A stretch of 20,000 nucleotides of DNA, from IMG/VR virus record IMGVR_UViG_3300008107_000416; one strand, given 5' to 3'. Below, one piece after another: positions 17,798-20,000 of the stretch. Numbering within the stretch: position 1 is the stretch's first letter; every line of letters begins with the position of its first letter. The notes beneath the pieces were generated by a model. That model ran no database searches and was not told where the DNA came from. It saw nothing but the letters and a program-made list of their open reading frames with translations. The position numbers and the translations under genes are program-made. This stretch comes from an uncultured virus (IMG/VR IMGVR_UViG_3300008107_000416) (lineage: Duplodnaviria; Heunggongvirae; Uroviricota; Caudoviricetes).

Positions 17798-18523
17798 TCA
17801 AACAAAAAATTGATTCAGACCTTCATTTAATCTTTCTTCTGTAATCTTAATGTACTTTTCGTCAATGTCAAATCCTATCCAATTCCTATTAAGATCTTTG
17901 GCAACAATCGCAGTGGTGCCAGATCCCATGAAAGGATCAAGAACTAAATCACCTTCTTGTGTAGTTAATTGGATACAATTTCTTACCAGTTGTGGTGGAA
18001 ATGGTGCTGGATGTTGTTTTTGTCTTTCGGGATTAATCACCCAAACCTCACCACGATAATCAGGATCAACAGCATCACGAAATACTTTTGGTTTGTCCTT
18101 ACATAACCAATAGATATGCTCCGTACATGGTACAAGAACATCATTGCGAATGTTTGGAGAATTGCGCCTATCCCAAATAATCAACTGATAGAGTTCAGCA
18201 TCACTATGTTGAATGAAATCTGTTGGTAGATAGCAACGATTTTTATATCTTCTTGGTTTATGATTAAAAAAGATAGATCCATCAGGTTTAATCACACGAT
18301 GGCATTCATTTAAAAGTGCTATCATCCATGCCTGATATTCTTCCTCTGGCATGTCGTCACCATAGGTATTATAATCAATATTAAATTTACCCCAGATTTG
18401 ATTGCCCTGCTTCACCTTTCCAAGTAATCCTTTTTTATTATATGGAGGTGAAGTTACTATACAATCAACTGAATCTGATGCGAGTTCTTTCAGTCCCTCA
18501 ATACAATCTTTTTTGATCAGCAT
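17798..18523 (-). CDS. beta-class N4-cytosine/N6-adenine DNA methyltransferase
   Basis: Motif IV 'IVTSPPYN' precedes 'HPAPFP' and motif I 'VLDPFMGSGTT'. Confidence 0.93.
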   Translation of the reverse strand: MLIKKDCIEGLKELASDSVDCIVTSPPYNKKGLLGKVKQGNQIWGKFNIDYNTYGDDMPEEEYQAWMIALLNECHRVIKPDGSIFFNHKPRRYKNRCYLPTDFIQHSDAELYQLIIWDRRNSPNIRNDVLVPCTEHIYWLCKDKPKVFRDAVDPDYRGEVWVINPERQKQHPAPFPPQLVRNCIQLTTQEGDLVLDPFMGSGTTAIVAKDLNRNWIGFDIDEKYIKITEERLNEGLNQFFV

Positions 18524-18556
18524 AATATCAGTTCTCTTGTAGATATTCTAGCACAC

Positions 18557-18679
18557 TTATCCCCAATAGATTACTGAAAGAGTGAAGACGACAAACACAA
18601 TAACTGTAAATCCCATCATACCTACTCCTGCCCAGATTACCCAGGGTTCCATAGGATGATGTTGATTATTATGAGACAT
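18557..18679 (-). CDS. 40-aa single-pass membrane peptide
   Basis: Below the track cutoff. MSHNNQHHPMEPWVIWAGVGMMGFTVIVFVVFTLSVIYWG*; fills the gap and overlaps the endonuclease stop. Confidence 0.65.
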   Translation of the reverse strand: MSHNNQHHPMEPWVIWAGVGMMGFTVIVFVVFTLSVIYWG

Positions 18680-19034
18680 TGAGATACGCAATCATTTTAT
18701 GTAATGTATCTATGTTGTCTCCAACAAGACCCAGTGCGGTGTTGCAGTTATTACAGAGAACTCCACGAATTTTATTTGTAGAGTGGCAGTGGTCAATACA
18801 TTTCTTTGTTAGTTTCACATCACATATTTGGCAGTTCTCATTAGACATCAACTCATTATATTGGTCTTCTGTAAGTTTAAATCTGCGTCGGGCATATTCG
18901 TGGGTCTTATAATATTGCCTACGAACTTCTCTTTCACAATCCTTACACTTTGATTGAACCCCAGAAGGTCTACTGCTTCTTTTAGAGAAACCATCAAGTT
19001 CTTTTGTTTCTCCGCATCTGCTGCAAGTTTTCAT
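18669..19034 (-). CDS. Endonuclease VII-domain free-standing homing endonuclease, F-CphI-like
   Basis: N-terminal 'KTCSRCGETK...CKDC' zinc finger; 'CQIC...CIDHCHSTNKIRGVLCNNCNTALG' (DHxH..RG.LC..CN); immediately downstream of psbA. Start set at MKTC. Confidence 0.88.
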   Translation of the reverse strand: MKTCSRCGETKELDGFSKRSSRPSGVQSKCKDCEREVRRQYYKTHEYARRRFKLTEDQYNELMSNENCQICDVKLTKKCIDHCHSTNKIRGVLCNNCNTALGLVGDNIDTLHKMIAYLNVS

Positions 19035-19081
19035 TATGGTATGGAAGTTTGGTATGGAACTATTTATATATAATACCATAA
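19034..19081 (-). promoter_or_regulatory. late promoter TATAAATA inside a 9-bp inverted repeat reaching the start codon
   Basis: Minus strand TTATGGTAT(19081-73)...TATAAATA(19068-61)...ATACCATAA(19042-34)TG. Confidence 0.7.
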
Positions 19082-19107
19082 AAAAAGAGACCTGTAAAGG
19101 TCTCTTT
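19080..19107 (-). terminator. intrinsic terminator after psbA
   Basis: AAAGAGACCT-TTAC-AGGTCTCTTT followed by more T. Confidence 0.9.
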
Positions 19108-19132
19108 CAATCTTATTCAGTTTTTATGAAAC

Positions 19133-20000
19133 TCAACCGATTGCAGGTGCGGTCAGAGCAACAGGAGTTGCTTCGGCAGCTGCCAGGTCCAAAGGAAAAT
19201 TATGTGCATTTCTTTCGTGCATTACCTCGAGCCCGAGTCCAGCACGGTTAAGAACATCAGCCCAAGTATTAATCACTTTGCCTTGAGAATCAACAATAGA
19301 TTGGTTGAAATTAAAACCGTTGAGGTTAAATGCCATCGTGGAAACACCAAGAGCAGTGAACCAGATGCCTACAACGGGCCAGCTAGCGAGGAAGAAGTGC
19401 AGCGAACGTGAGTTATTAAAGGAAGCGTATTGGAAAATAAGGCGTCCGAAATAACCGTGAGCAGCAACGATGTTATAAGTCTCTTCTTCTTGACCGAACT
19501 TGTAACCATAGTTCTGTGACTCATTCTCGGTGGTTTCACGAACCAGCGAGGAAGTAACCAGAGAACCGTGCATAGCACTGAACAGAGAACCACCGAACAC
19601 ACCAGCAACTCCAAGCATATGGAAGGGGTGCATCAGGATGTTGTGCTCTGCCTGGAACACAAGCATGTAGTTGAAGGTGCCGCTGATACCCAGAGGCATC
19701 GCATCAGAGAAAGAACCTTGACCAAAAGGATAGACCAGGAACACTGCAGAAGCAGCAGCAACAGGTGCGCTGTAGGCAACACAAATCCAAGGACGCATAC
19801 CAAGACGGTAGGAGAGTTCCCATTCACGACCCATATAAGCATAGATGCCGATGAGGAAGTGGAAGACTACCAGTTGGAAAGGTCCACCGTTGTAAAGCCA
19901 CTCATCTAGGGAAGCAGCTTCCCAGATGGGGTAAAAGTGCAGTCCAATAGCATTGGACGAAGGAATCACAGCACCAGAGATGATGTTGTTTCCGTACATG
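19133..20000 (-). CDS. psbA: photosystem II D1 protein, 5' part outside the window
   Basis: Unambiguous D1. Glu130 form (GREWELS), long C-terminal extension ([18 protein letters not shown]), no intron in the visible part. Confidence 0.99.
   Translation of the reverse strand, partial: MYGNNIISGAVIPSSNAIGLHFYPIWEAASLDEWLYNGGPFQLVVFHFLIGIYAYMGREWELSYRLGMRPWICVAYSAPVAAASAVFLVYPFGQGSFSDAMPLGISGTFNYMLVFQAEHNILMHPFHMLGVAGVFGGSLFSAMHGSLVTSSLVRETTENESQNYGYKFGQEEETYNIVAAHGYFGRLIFQYASFNNSRSLHFFLASWPVVGIWFTALGVSTMAFNLNGFNFNQSIVDSQGKVINTWADVLNRAGLGLEVMHERNAHNFPLDLAAAEATPVALTAPAIG

Noticed and set aside
5035..19079. Longest-ORF starts at 5097, 17032, 17805 and 19079
   Set aside because: These extensions cross a promoter, an SD or a terminator; downstream ATGs fit better.
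7247..19842. Alternative-frame minus ORFs inside the fibre genes, psbD, the nuclease and psbA
   Set aside because: Leu-rich off-frame products of host-gene codon bias.
1900..19909. Plus-strand ORFs in the track (e.g. 5656..6111, 7969..8286, 17110..17547, 19568..19909)
   Set aside because: Antisense shadows of well-supported minus-strand genes; no motifs.
1..20000. Complete DGR cassette
   Set aside because: No reverse transcriptase and no second copy of 5193-5351 seen by eye.
15962..20000. Group I intron in psbA or psbD
   Set aside because: Both reading frames are continuous in the visible region.
1..20000. tRNA or rRNA genes
   Set aside because: Intergenic gaps are short and explained; no cloverleaf seen.

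Overview
AT-rich window from a T4-like cyanophage (cyanomyovirus), probably infecting Synechococcus/Cyanobium-type hosts. All real genes are on the minus strand. In transcription order (right to left): 5'-truncated psbA; an EndoVII/F-CphI-type free-standing homing endonuclease; a 40-aa membrane peptide; an N4/N6 DNA methyltransferase; a HinP1I/MspI-like nuclease; psbD; several small hypothetical genes; an HNH endonuclease; three virion/tail-fibre genes, one of 1966 aa; an Mtd-N/Ig/C-type-lectin adhesin that resembles a DGR target and is followed by a 22-codon Avd-like remnant; and a tightly coupled cluster of modifying enzymes (two 2OG-Fe(II) oxygenases, a sulfotransferase, three glycosyltransferases, a DUF6165-like gene). 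Strongest leads: (1) five unrelated modifying enzymes share a C-terminal Lys-rich hydrophobic-x-Tyr-x-stop tail; (2) an orphan DGR-like target with an avd remnant; (3) an R-M-like pair between psbA and psbD; (4) an HLR1/RpaB-like box in the psbD promoter; (5) recoding of psbA at the expected homing site and start-occluding hairpins on both homing endonuclease genes. Family assignments are from motif recognition by eye, not database searches.
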